Source: Nanobdellota archaeon
GTDB taxonomy: Archaea > Nanobdellota > Nanobdellia > Pacearchaeales > GW2011-AR1
NCBI GenBank assembly: GCA_038045945.1
Contig: JBBSXC010000004.1
Span: 96,001-160,000 of the forward strand
DNA length: 64,000 nt
Direction: 5' to 3'
Positions 9,939 to 19,006 of this stretch are shown piece by piece; the stretch's first letter is position 1, and each line of letters begins with the position of its first letter. Under the pieces are notes generated by a model. That model was not told where the DNA came from and searched no databases. It saw only the letters and a program-made list of their open reading frames with translations. The position numbers and the translations under genes are program-made.

Positions 9939-10349
9939 ATGAACAACATAGAAATGAACCCCCAGCAACAAGCAGTAATAATGGAATTGCAAATGATAGA
10001 ACAAAAAATGAAACAGTTAGAAGCACAAATAAGCGCAATACAAAAACAAACAGGAGAAATGGAAGGAATAATAGAATCTTTAGCAGCAGTAGAAAGAAAC
10101 AACGGAGAAGAAATGCTCCTGCCAATAGGTAAAGGAATATTCATAAAAAATAAACCAACAAGCAAAAACGTCCTGTTAAACATAGGCAGCGGCACAGTAA
10201 TAGAAAAAGACATAAAAGGAACAATAAAACTAATTGATGAACAAATAACAAAACTAAACGAAATGGCAGCAGAATACCAATTAGAAATGATGAAGAGCGA
10301 AAAAAAGATAGAAGAAATGATAGAAGGAATACAAAAAACACAACAATAA
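9939..10349 (+). CDS. pfdA: Prefoldin subunit alpha
   Basis: Coiled coils flanking LLPIGKG and VLLNIGSG hairpins. Confidence 0.92.
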   Translation: MNNIEMNPQQQAVIMELQMIEQKMKQLEAQISAIQKQTGEMEGIIESLAAVERNNGEEMLLPIGKGIFIKNKPTSKNVLLNIGSGTVIEKDIKGTIKLIDEQITKLNEMAAEYQLEMMKSEKKIEEMIEGIQKTQQ

Positions 10350-10410
10350 GAAAAAATCTTCAGAAAAAAGACAGCAGCATTCTTTAAAGAACTTAAAACA
10401 AAGAACAATA

Positions 10411-10734
10411 ATGGTAATACTAAAATGGTCTAGAATAGAAGAGTTAGCACAAGGTGAAACTGTAGAAGGAGCTGTAATAATTGGAAGATTTAAAGAACAA
10501 ATAAAAGAAACAAAAAGACCTCAAGGAGTAACATTTAGTATCCAGTCACCAAACGGAGAATTAGAAGTATCAGCAGTTTATGAAGCAGAGATAAAACCTT
10601 TAGATTTAGAAAAAATAAGACGAGTATCAGACAGTAATACAGAAATGAGAGCTGTAGGAACTTACACTCATAAGACTGGAGAAAAATACTGCGGAGAATT
10701 AAAAGTTAAAGAACTAGAATACGTACTCCACTAG
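10411..10734 (+). CDS. Hypothetical protein (beta-rich, possibly OB-fold)
   Basis: 107-aa ORF; fold is a guess from strand pattern. Confidence 0.6.
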   Translation: MVILKWSRIEELAQGETVEGAVIIGRFKEQIKETKRPQGVTFSIQSPNGELEVSAVYEAEIKPLDLEKIRRVSDSNTEMRAVGTYTHKTGEKYCGELKVKELEYVLH

Positions 10735-10877
10735 AAAGGATAAGCATAGAGAGCTAACAAACCGCAAAAGAACCCAATAGCACCAATACCCATTAGTTGC
10801 TTAACCCTAACTATAGCGCCAACAAGCATTACCAAACCGCCAATGATAGTAACAGTAGCAATTATTTCTCTTAGCAT
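10731..10877 (-). CDS. Small two-helix membrane protein (48 aa, not in ORF track)
   Basis: MLREIIATVTIIGGLVMLVGAIVRVKQLMGIGAIGFFCGLLALYAYPF; starts 5 nt after the prs stop. Confidence 0.65.
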   Translation of the reverse strand: MLREIIATVTIIGGLVMLVGAIVRVKQLMGIGAIGFFCGLLALYAYPF

Positions 10878-10882
10878 AAGAA

Positions 10883-11761
10883 TCATAATTCCTTAATTGA
10901 ATCAGCAACTAATTTGCTAACATCAATTTTTGAGTATTTTGAAAGAATAGTATTAGTAGTAATTAGATTAGCATACTTCTTAATAAGAGTTTCAGCATTA
11001 CCTGCTAGTATACCATGAACACCAATACAAGTAATACTCTTAACACCTTTAGACTTAACAAGCTTCAAACTTTCGCAAAGAGTATGACCAGTACTTATAA
11101 TATCATCAACAATAACAGCGTTTTTACCCTTAAGACTGAAATTTTCACCAGTAACTTTAACATTATTAGAGTCTTTACGATTCTTAATCAAGATGTGAAC
11201 CTCTTTGTCTAAATCACTAGCAATTTTTTTAGCCCACTGATAACTTTCCTCATCAGGACCAACCATAACAAAATCATCCTTAAACTTTCTCAAGTAGTCA
11301 GTAATAACACCAATGGAGGAGACCTCAAAAGCATTCTTAGAGTACTCCTTAAGACTATCAATGCGGTGAAGGTGAGGATCAATAACTACCACTTTATCAA
11401 ACTTATCACAAAAAAGATTCATAACTTCCTTAGCTGAAACACACTCAAAATCATGAAAAGACTTATCTTGACGAAGATAAGGCATATAAGTAGCCATAAG
11501 AAAAACTTTTTTAGCACCATTATCCCTAGCAACACCACCAGCAAGAAGAGTCTGAACGACCTTAATATCAGGATTATGAGCCAAAGACGCAACAATAACA
11601 ACCTTTTTACCTTTAGGGCTTATATTAATCTTAACTAATGATTCACCATCAGGAAAAGTATTAACAGAAATATCAGAGTAAGAACAAGAAAGTATTTTTG
11701 CGACATTCTTAGCTAAAGCAGAAGTATCAGAAAAACCGCAAACTAAAACCTCTTTAGACAT
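10883..11761 (-). CDS. prs: Ribose-phosphate pyrophosphokinase
   Basis: FPDGE, YMPYLRQDK, DPHLH, IVDDIISTGHT, HG. Confidence 0.95.
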   Translation of the reverse strand: MSKEVLVCGFSDTSALAKNVAKILSCSYSDISVNTFPDGESLVKINISPKGKKVVIVASLAHNPDIKVVQTLLAGGVARDNGAKKVFLMATYMPYLRQDKSFHDFECVSAKEVMNLFCDKFDKVVVIDPHLHRIDSLKEYSKNAFEVSSIGVITDYLRKFKDDFVMVGPDEESYQWAKKIASDLDKEVHILIKNRKDSNNVKVTGENFSLKGKNAVIVDDIISTGHTLCESLKLVKSKGVKSITCIGVHGILAGNAETLIKKYANLITTNTILSKYSKIDVSKLVADSIKEL

Positions 11762-11878
11762 AAAAACATAAAACTTTCATATTATATAAATGTGGTGAAA
11801 AAAGAGAAGATTCCCCCACATGAGAATTGAGGGTCATCAGCATCAAAAAGAAAAAAATATAAATAAAAAAGTTATCTT

Positions 11879-11998
11879 TTAGGTACTCATTATCTGAATA
11901 CCAGCAGGACGGTTCTTAATAGGCCCATGACCGCCAGGATGAGCCGCTGCTCTTCTTTTAGCCGCAGCCATTCTTGTTCCTCTTGTTATCTTTGCCAT
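11879..11998 (-). CDS. Small basic protein (39 aa, not in ORF track)
   Basis: MAKITRGTRMAAAKRRAAAHPGGHGPIKNRPAGIQIMST; GC-richer than flanks, TATA-like upstream, T-rich downstream. Confidence 0.55.
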   Translation of the reverse strand: MAKITRGTRMAAAKRRAAAHPGGHGPIKNRPAGIQIMST

Positions 11999-12101
11999 AA
12001 TAAGCATAAGCTAAAGGAGCATAAATACTGGAGTAGTATTAAGAAAGACCAATAAAATATCAAACTTTATATATACAATAAATCTAAGAGTAATATTAAA
12101 G

Positions 12102-13109
12102 ATGGTGAAACTCGCAATAAACGGTTTTGGTAGAATAGGAAAACAATTCTTCTTAGCTTGCATGGAAAACAGCGTAGCATCAAAATGGGAATTTGTGATA
12201 AACAATTTGGGGGGAATGGAAAACATGGTTTATGAACTAAAATATGACTCAGTACACCCATCACCAAAAGAAAAGATTACTCATGACAAAAAATACTTAT
12301 ATTTTGGTAAGAAAAAAATAATGATTTATAGCGAAAGAGATGTAGAAAAATTACCATGGAAAGCAGAAAATGTTGACTTAGTAGTCGATTGTACAGGAGC
12401 ATTCACAAACGCTAAAGAAGCAAAAAAACATTTGCAGTCAGGAGCCAAAAAAGTTTTGATAAGCGCACCAGCAAAAGACCATGACTGCACAATCGTTTAC
12501 GGAGTAAACAACAAAGTGCTAAAAGCAACACACAAAATACTATCAGCAGGAAGTTGCACAACTAATTGCGTAGCACCAATAATAAAAATAATAAATGATA
12601 ATTATGGAATAAAAGACGCTTATTTTGTCACAACACACGCATACACAGCAACACAAAGACTAGTAGACTCAATTGATGAAAAAGATTTGCGACGCGGAAG
12701 AGCAGCAGCAGAAGACATAATACCTTCCACTTCGGGAGCATCACAATCAGTAGTTGAAGCAATACCAGAGATGCTAGGAAAACTAGAAGGGTACGCACTA
12801 AGAGTACCAGTGCTAGACGGATCATTCTCAAGTGTAATAGCAGTAATAAAGAGTAAAACAACAAAAGAAAAAATAAACAGTTTATTCAAAAAAGAATCAA
12901 AAGGAAAATACAAAGAAATACTCCAGTACACAACCGACCCAATAGTATCAAGCGACATAATACACAACCCTTCTTCATGTATTATAGATGGCGAAATAAC
13001 AAGCACAAGCAAAGACGGCAGCATGATAAGCATTGGCGCATGGTATGATAACGAATGGGGATACTCTAATAGACTAGTAGACGTAGCAAAACTAATCGTA
13101 GGAAAATGA
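12102..13109 (+). CDS. gap: Glyceraldehyde-3-phosphate dehydrogenase, class I (bacterial type)
   Basis: AINGFGRIG, SCTTNC, RGRAAA, LRVP, WYDNEWGYS. Confidence 0.96.
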   Translation: MVKLAINGFGRIGKQFFLACMENSVASKWEFVINNLGGMENMVYELKYDSVHPSPKEKITHDKKYLYFGKKKIMIYSERDVEKLPWKAENVDLVVDCTGAFTNAKEAKKHLQSGAKKVLISAPAKDHDCTIVYGVNNKVLKATHKILSAGSCTTNCVAPIIKIINDNYGIKDAYFVTTHAYTATQRLVDSIDEKDLRRGRAAAEDIIPSTSGASQSVVEAIPEMLGKLEGYALRVPVLDGSFSSVIAVIKSKTTKEKINSLFKKESKGKYKEILQYTTDPIVSSDIIHNPSSCIIDGEITSTSKDGSMISIGAWYDNEWGYSNRLVDVAKLIVGK

Positions 13110-13417
13110 GAAAAGGAATAATAACATTAGGAGTAACTTACAGCATAATAAGCATCATATCGCTAATTATGATAACACCATACCTATTATCATTAACCAA
13201 ACTAAACATTACGGATGTTAAAGAAGGAGGAAGGCCAGCATTCCCATGGACTTTTGTAATAATAGTAGACTTATTACCAATAATAATTATAGGAGCAAAC
13301 ATCCTAATGTGGAATTACATGAAAAGAAAAAACACTAAGATGATAGTAACAACAATTATAACACCAATAATCTATACAGCAATAATAACAGCGTACTTTT
13401 TGTTATTAATAATATAA
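13106..13417 (+). CDS. Hypothetical three-TM membrane protein
   Basis: ATGA overlap with gap; three hydrophobic segments. Confidence 0.7.
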   Translation: MRKGIITLGVTYSIISIISLIMITPYLLSLTKLNITDVKEGGRPAFPWTFVIIVDLLPIIIIGANILMWNYMKRKNTKMIVTTIITPIIYTAIITAYFLLLII

Positions 13418-13421
13418 AAAA

Positions 13422-14597
13422 ATGGTAAGAAAAAACAAACTAGTATTATTAAGAGTAGATATTAACTCAGCAATATCACAAGGAGGTAAAGTCCTAGACC
13501 AACCAAGATTCATAGAAGCAGCACAAACAATAAAAAAATTATTAAAAGAAAAAGCTAAAATTGTAATAATAGCCCACCAGGGAAGAAAGGGATCAGCCGA
13601 CTTTTGTTCACTAAAAGAGCACGCAGCAATACTAAGCAAGCATTCCAAGAGCAAAATAGAATACGTTAATGACTTATTCGGCGAAGCGGCTAACAAAGCA
13701 ATATCAAAACTAAAACCAGGACAAGCAATACTTTTAGAAAACTTACGAGATTACGATGAAGAAACACACCCAAGAATCTACAATAACCACTTTGTAAATT
13801 TCAGTAAAAAATTTGATTTATTCATTAACGATGCGTTCTCAGTAAGCCATAGAGAACAATCAAGCATAATAATACCACCAAAACACATAAAATCAACAAT
13901 TAGTGAAACCTTTAGCAACGAAATAAAAAAACTTGAAGATTTCGCACTCCATAACAACTTCAAAAAAACAATAATAATCTTAGGAGGAAGTAAAGTTGAA
14001 GACTACTTCCCCTTATTCAAATTCTTAAACAACAAAACTAACAAAATAATAGCTGGAGGAGTAATAGGCAACTTATTCTTAAAAATTTCAGGAATAAACT
14101 TAGGTTTTGAAGAAAAATGGTTCAAAGACAAAGGATACTTAAAACTAATAAAAGAATTAAGCAAAATATACAATAAGTATCACTCACAAATAATCTTGCC
14201 TGTTGACTTTGCTTTATCTGGCAACAAGAGAAAAGAGGTATTACTAAGTCAAGCACCATTTAACAAAAAAATTATGGATGTAGGACACCAAAGCGTTAAC
14301 ACAATAAAAAACCACCTTGATAATGCTGATAGAATAATAATGAAAGGACCATTAGGATTCGCAGAATTCCCACAATTCGAATACTCAACAAAAGAAGTAT
14401 TATCACACATATCAAACTTGCACATTAAACGTCACATCCCAGCACTCATTGGCGGAGGACACCTAACAACGGAAAGTTACAATAACAAAAACTTGAAGTT
14501 TTCTCACGTAAGCCTAGCAGGAGGAGCAAGCATTGCTTACTTAACGCAAGGAAAAAAAGGATTACCCGGACTTACAGCGATAAAGGATAATAAATGA
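13422..14597 (+). CDS. pgk: Phosphoglycerate kinase
   Basis: LRVDIN, HQGR, LLENLR, NDAFS.SHR, GGSK, GGGH. Confidence 0.93.
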   Translation: MVRKNKLVLLRVDINSAISQGGKVLDQPRFIEAAQTIKKLLKEKAKIVIIAHQGRKGSADFCSLKEHAAILSKHSKSKIEYVNDLFGEAANKAISKLKPGQAILLENLRDYDEETHPRIYNNHFVNFSKKFDLFINDAFSVSHREQSSIIIPPKHIKSTISETFSNEIKKLEDFALHNNFKKTIIILGGSKVEDYFPLFKFLNNKTNKIIAGGVIGNLFLKISGINLGFEEKWFKDKGYLKLIKELSKIYNKYHSQIILPVDFALSGNKRKEVLLSQAPFNKKIMDVGHQSVNTIKNHLDNADRIIMKGPLGFAEFPQFEYSTKEVLSHISNLHIKRHIPALIGGGHLTTESYNNKNLKFSHVSLAGGASIAYLTQGKKGLPGLTAIKDNK

Positions 14598-14704
14598 TTA
14601 ACAAAAACCCCGAGTTAAGAAAGTGTCCTCTTTGTAAAAAAAGAATTTCTAACCCGGAACACGAGTTATGCCAGAAGTGTCATAAGAAATCTAAGAAAAA
14701 ATAA
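14594..14704 (+). CDS. Small zinc-finger protein (36 aa, not in ORF track)
   Basis: MINKNPELRKCPLCKKRISNPEHELCQKCHKKSKKK; two CxxC; ATGA overlap with the pgk stop. Confidence 0.7.
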   Translation: MINKNPELRKCPLCKKRISNPEHELCQKCHKKSKKK

Positions 14705-14706
14705 AA

Positions 14707-16689
14707 CTATTCTTCTATTTTTTCTTCTTGTGCGTGCTTATCACCCATGCTATCTTTTAGGTTGGCTATTTGGTCACGCAAAGCAATAGCAAGCTCGAAA
14801 TCTAGAAGTTTAGCAGCATTGTGCATTTCTTTCTCAAGTTGCGTTACAAGACGAACTTTTTCTGCTTTAGGAATATGTTTAGTATCACGAATAATTATTT
14901 CAGGTTCCTCAATAGGCTTCTTAATAGTTTTAGGAGTAATTTTGTGCTTCTTATTATAAGCAACTTGTATTTCTCTACGCCTATCAGTCTCACTAATAGC
15001 ACCCTTAATAGAATCGGTCATACGATCAGCAAATAATAAAACTTTAGAATTAACATTACGAGCAGCCCTACCAATAATTTGAATAAGGCTTGAAATGTTA
15101 CGTAAAAATCCTTCTTTATCAGCATCTAAAATAGCAACTAGCCCAATCTCAGGAATATCTAAACCCTCACGAAGTAAATTAATACCAACTAGGACGTCAA
15201 ACTTACCAGCACGCAATTGCCTAATAAGTTCCGTACGCTCTAAAGTCTTAACTTCCGAATGCAAATACCTAGCACGAATACCTTTACTAGCAAAAAAATC
15301 TGTTATTTCTTCAGCCAACTTCTTAGTTAAAGAAGTAACTAAGACTCTATCACCACGTTTAACCGTTAAAGCAATTTCTTGCATAACAACTTCCATTTGA
15401 TTCTTAATAGGCTTAATAAAAATAGGAGGGTCCACTAGACCCGTAGGCCTAATTATTTGTTCAACAATCTGAGTTGAAAGACCTTTCTCATAGGCAGACG
15501 GTGTAGCACTAACAAAAACAACGTTTGCCTTCTTAAAAAAAGCCTCTACTTCCTCAAACTTCAAAGGCCTGTTATCAAGAGCGCTTGGAAGGCGGAAACC
15601 ATAATCAATAAGAGTTTGTTTACGCTGACGATCACCCTCATACATAGCATGAAGTTGAGGAATACTCTGGTGAGACTCATCAATAACTAATAAAAAATCA
15701 TCACCAAAATAATCAAGAAGACAAAAAGGTTTACTGCCAGGAGCACGACCCTCAAAATGCCTAGAATAATTCTCAATACCCTTACAAAAACCCATACTTC
15801 TAAGCATCTCTAAATCATACATAGTCCTTTGTTTAAGACGATGAGACTCAACCATTTCAAGCTTTGGAAGCCTCTGCTCAAGCTCAGCTTCTATTGATTT
15901 TAACGCCCTTTCCATCTCAGCAGGAGTAGTAACGAAGTGTCTAGCAGGATAAACAAAATAGTGATCAAGTTTTTGCAAAACACTCTGGTTTTGTTTATCA
16001 ATAACAGTAATCCTATCAATAGTTTCTCCAGTGAGCTCAATCCTTACAACGTCCTTGTCATAAGCCGGAATTATATCAATTGTATCACCCTTAACCCTAA
16101 ACCTACCAGATAATAACTCTAAATCATTTCTTTCATAAAGAATATCTAAAAATTTGGATATCAGCTCTGTTCGAGAAATTTTTTGCCCTTTAAAAAACTC
16201 AAAAGCCATACCACCATAATTTTTAGGGTTACCAATACCATAAATACAAGAAACAGAAGCAACAACAATAACATCATTACGGCTTAATAAAGAGGTAGTT
16301 GCTGAAAGCCTCATTCTTTCAATAACAGCATTAATTTGAGAATCCTTCTCAATATACTGATCCTTAGCAGGCAAATAAGATTCTGGCTGATAATAATCAT
16401 AAAAAGAAACAAAGTACTCAACACGATTATTAGGAAACAAATCCTTAAGCTCATTATAAAGTTGAGCCGCTAAGGTCTTATTATGAGCTAATACAAGTGT
16501 TGGCTTATTAAATTTTGATATAACATTAGCCATAGTGAAGGTTTTACCGCTACCAGTAACACCCATAAGCGTCTGGTAATTATCACCATTCTTAACACCG
16601 CTAACTAACTTAGAAATAGCTTCGGGCTGTGAACCAGCTGGCTTAAACTTGGAAACGAGCTCAAACTTATTCTTAAAAATGTTTTTCAT
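14707..16689 (-). CDS. uvrB: Excinuclease ABC subunit UvrB
   Basis: GVTGSGKT, YDYYQPE, DESH, LLREGLD, GRAAR, C-terminal UVR. Confidence 0.97.
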   Translation of the reverse strand: MKNIFKNKFELVSKFKPAGSQPEAISKLVSGVKNGDNYQTLMGVTGSGKTFTMANVISKFNKPTLVLAHNKTLAAQLYNELKDLFPNNRVEYFVSFYDYYQPESYLPAKDQYIEKDSQINAVIERMRLSATTSLLSRNDVIVVASVSCIYGIGNPKNYGGMAFEFFKGQKISRTELISKFLDILYERNDLELLSGRFRVKGDTIDIIPAYDKDVVRIELTGETIDRITVIDKQNQSVLQKLDHYFVYPARHFVTTPAEMERALKSIEAELEQRLPKLEMVESHRLKQRTMYDLEMLRSMGFCKGIENYSRHFEGRAPGSKPFCLLDYFGDDFLLVIDESHQSIPQLHAMYEGDRQRKQTLIDYGFRLPSALDNRPLKFEEVEAFFKKANVVFVSATPSAYEKGLSTQIVEQIIRPTGLVDPPIFIKPIKNQMEVVMQEIALTVKRGDRVLVTSLTKKLAEEITDFFASKGIRARYLHSEVKTLERTELIRQLRAGKFDVLVGINLLREGLDIPEIGLVAILDADKEGFLRNISSLIQIIGRAARNVNSKVLLFADRMTDSIKGAISETDRRREIQVAYNKKHKITPKTIKKPIEEPEIIIRDTKHIPKAEKVRLVTQLEKEMHNAAKLLDFELAIALRDQIANLKDSMGDKHAQEEKIEE

Positions 16690-16752
16690 AAAAATGACAA
16701 TAATACAGAGCTTTAAAAGATTGTGAAAGAAAAATATGACCACCAAGCAAGA

Positions 16753-16923
16753 TTTAAATACCATTTAACCACAGTCTATTTTATGACAAAGCTGAAGAGC
16801 GCGATAGAAATTAGAAGTCTTGAATTTAGCTCTAGCTTCGCATCAGCATAAATCCCAACTTTTTGAGGGGAGAACTATGCAAATTTCTTTTGATTTATTC
16901 TAAATCTCTCAGCCTTATAAAAA
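16753..16923 (+). promoter_or_regulatory. TATA box plus structured leader with two uORFs upstream of ABC-F (candidate attenuator)
   Basis: TTTAAATA 16753-60; uORF1 16783-16851; SD-like GAGGGGAG and uORF2 16877-16903; alternative complementary segments. Confidence 0.55.
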
Positions 16924-18519
16924 ATGATAAAAATAACTAACCTAACTAAAAAATATGGAGTAGAAAGCCTATTTGAAAATATAAACTTGACTATACATAA
17001 AGGTGATAAAATTGCGGTTATTGGTCAGAACGGCTCTGGAAAGAGTACATTGATAAAATGTGTTATAGGAGAAGAGTCTTTCGATGAAGGGAAAATTGAT
17101 ATCCAAAATAATATTTCAATAAGTTTCATGGAACAAGAAAAGACTTTTGATTCTTCAGAAAAGAATTTTTGGAACTACCTAGAAGAAAAAGCAAGGTTAA
17201 TTGATGAAGATCTAAGAGAAACAGAAAGAAGGCTAGAAGACTCTAGCTTATACTCAAATGAAAAAGAACTAGAAGAAGTACTTAGGAAGCATGAAAGATT
17301 ATTAGTAAGAAATGAACAAGCAATTGAGATAAATGATATTCGTAAAATGTTAGAGAAGGCTGACTTTAATTTAAATGATTTTGATACACAATTATGCAAA
17401 CTTAGCGGAGGACAAAAGATGAAGCTACGTTTAGTTGAATGCCTTGTTAAAAAGGCTGATTTATACATATTAGATGAACCAACTAATCATCTGGATTTTG
17501 AAACTTTAAGATGGCTTGACCAGGAACTAACAGAGAAAGAAACCTTCATCATTATAAGTCATGACCGATATTTGATTAAAAGATTTGCAAAAAGAATAAT
17601 AGAAATCAGAAATAAGACTACAAATATCTATGAAACAAATTATGAAGGATACCTAAGTCAAAGGGCTCATAGAGAGGCCATTATGGGTAAAAACCATAAT
17701 AACGTAGTAAAAAAGAAAGAAAAGATGGAAGAGTCAGCTGAAAAATTAAGAAAATGGGCATCAGTAAGAGGTAGTAAGAGCAAGAGAATACTTGCAGAGA
17801 GAATTGAGAGACAGATTGAAGATCTTCCAGAAATTACTAATCCGGATGATCTTGACAATAAGTTTGAGTTATCCTTTAAAGAAAGTAAAAGAACTGGAAA
17901 CATTATTTTCGAAGGAACAAACATATCTAAGAGCTATAATAAAGAATTGTTCTTAGATGCAGACTTGGAAGTAGAAAGAGGAGAAAAAATAGCTATAATA
18001 GGCAATAATGGGTCAGGAAAAACAACTCTACTCAAAATATTATCAAAGGAAATAAAAACTGATAAAGGAACACTGATCACTGGAGAAAATGTTAAAATAG
18101 GATATTTTGATCAAGAATTCAATAACTTAAACCTAGATGAAACAGTTTTTGAGTTCTTCATAAAAAATTTCCCTTATTTAAATCAAGAAAGATTAATATC
18201 CCTTTCAACAAAGTATGGTTTGCCAAAAGATACCTTCAGACAAAGAATAAAAACTTTAAGCGGCGGAGAGAAAGCTAGAATCAATCTTCTTGTATTATCA
18301 ATGGGAGACTATAACGTCTTACTTCTTGATGAACCTACAAATAATCTCGATATTGCACTTATGGAAAGCTTAGAAAAAGCTTTACAAAACTTCAAAGGAA
18401 CAATAGTAATGATATCTCATGATAGGTACTTTATTGATAAATTAGCAACAAAAATATTTGTAATAAAAGACGAAAAGGTAATAAAGAAAAAAGGCAATTA
18501 TTCAGATAACTTTGAATAA
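16924..18519 (+). CDS. ABC-F family ribosome-associated ATPase
   Basis: Two ABC cassettes (GQNGSGKST/LSGGQ/DEPTNHLD; GNNGSGKTT/LSGGE/DEPTNNLD), helical linker, no TM. Confidence 0.93.
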   Translation: MIKITNLTKKYGVESLFENINLTIHKGDKIAVIGQNGSGKSTLIKCVIGEESFDEGKIDIQNNISISFMEQEKTFDSSEKNFWNYLEEKARLIDEDLRETERRLEDSSLYSNEKELEEVLRKHERLLVRNEQAIEINDIRKMLEKADFNLNDFDTQLCKLSGGQKMKLRLVECLVKKADLYILDEPTNHLDFETLRWLDQELTEKETFIIISHDRYLIKRFAKRIIEIRNKTTNIYETNYEGYLSQRAHREAIMGKNHNNVVKKKEKMEESAEKLRKWASVRGSKSKRILAERIERQIEDLPEITNPDDLDNKFELSFKESKRTGNIIFEGTNISKSYNKELFLDADLEVERGEKIAIIGNNGSGKTTLLKILSKEIKTDKGTLITGENVKIGYFDQEFNNLNLDETVFEFFIKNFPYLNQERLISLSTKYGLPKDTFRQRIKTLSGGEKARINLLVLSMGDYNVLLLDEPTNNLDIALMESLEKALQNFKGTIVMISHDRYFIDKLATKIFVIKDEKVIKKKGNYSDNFE

Positions 18520-18538
18520 TCTAGCTCTTAGGTTACAT

Positions 18539-19006
18539 TCACTGAGACAAGTCGAAGAGTTTTTTACATTCTTCTCTTAAAAATCCTTCAACTAATTCTA
18601 ATTTAGGAGTGCCTTTCTCCAAAACTTGCTTACAAGAAATATCGATCTGCCTCCAAGAGAAGCTATTACCAGACTTCAGTTTTGCATCTTGAATAAAAGC
18701 ACCAAAAACTATGCCTTTCATTTTTGCCCACACCGCAGCAGAAGAACACATAGGGCAAGGTTCGCAAGTAGTATAAAGCACACAATTCTCTAGATATTTT
18801 GAATTAAGCTCTTTGCAAGCTTTCCTTATAGCAACAATTTCTGCATGAACAGTAGGATCATTTTCATGTTTAAGATTTGTTTTTCCAGTAGCAATAATTT
18901 TCCCATCTTTAACAATCACAGAACCTAGAGCGTAATCTCCCATAATTGCAGATTCTTTAGCAATTTCAATTGCTTTATGCATAAATTCAACTTTTGCTTC
19001 CATCAT
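18539..19006 (-). CDS. Nucleoside deaminase (TadA/GuaD-like, zinc-dependent)
   Basis: DPTVHAEI, TCEPCPMC. Confidence 0.9.
   Translation of the reverse strand: MMEAKVEFMHKAIEIAKESAIMGDYALGSVIVKDGKIIATGKTNLKHENDPTVHAEIVAIRKACKELNSKYLENCVLYTTCEPCPMCSSAAVWAKMKGIVFGAFIQDAKLKSGNSFSWRQIDISCKQVLEKGTPKLELVEGFLREECKKLFDLSQ

Noticed and set aside
158-10408. Many long Leu/Phe-rich antisense ORFs (e.g. 1520-2425)
   Set aside because: Shadows of A-rich coding strands of recognisable genes; the same applies to overlapping ORFs across the window
11790-11845. Hairpin ATGTGG...CCACAT and a TGATGA C-box-like motif
   Set aside because: No matching D box and a short stem; at most a terminator, not supportable as an ncRNA
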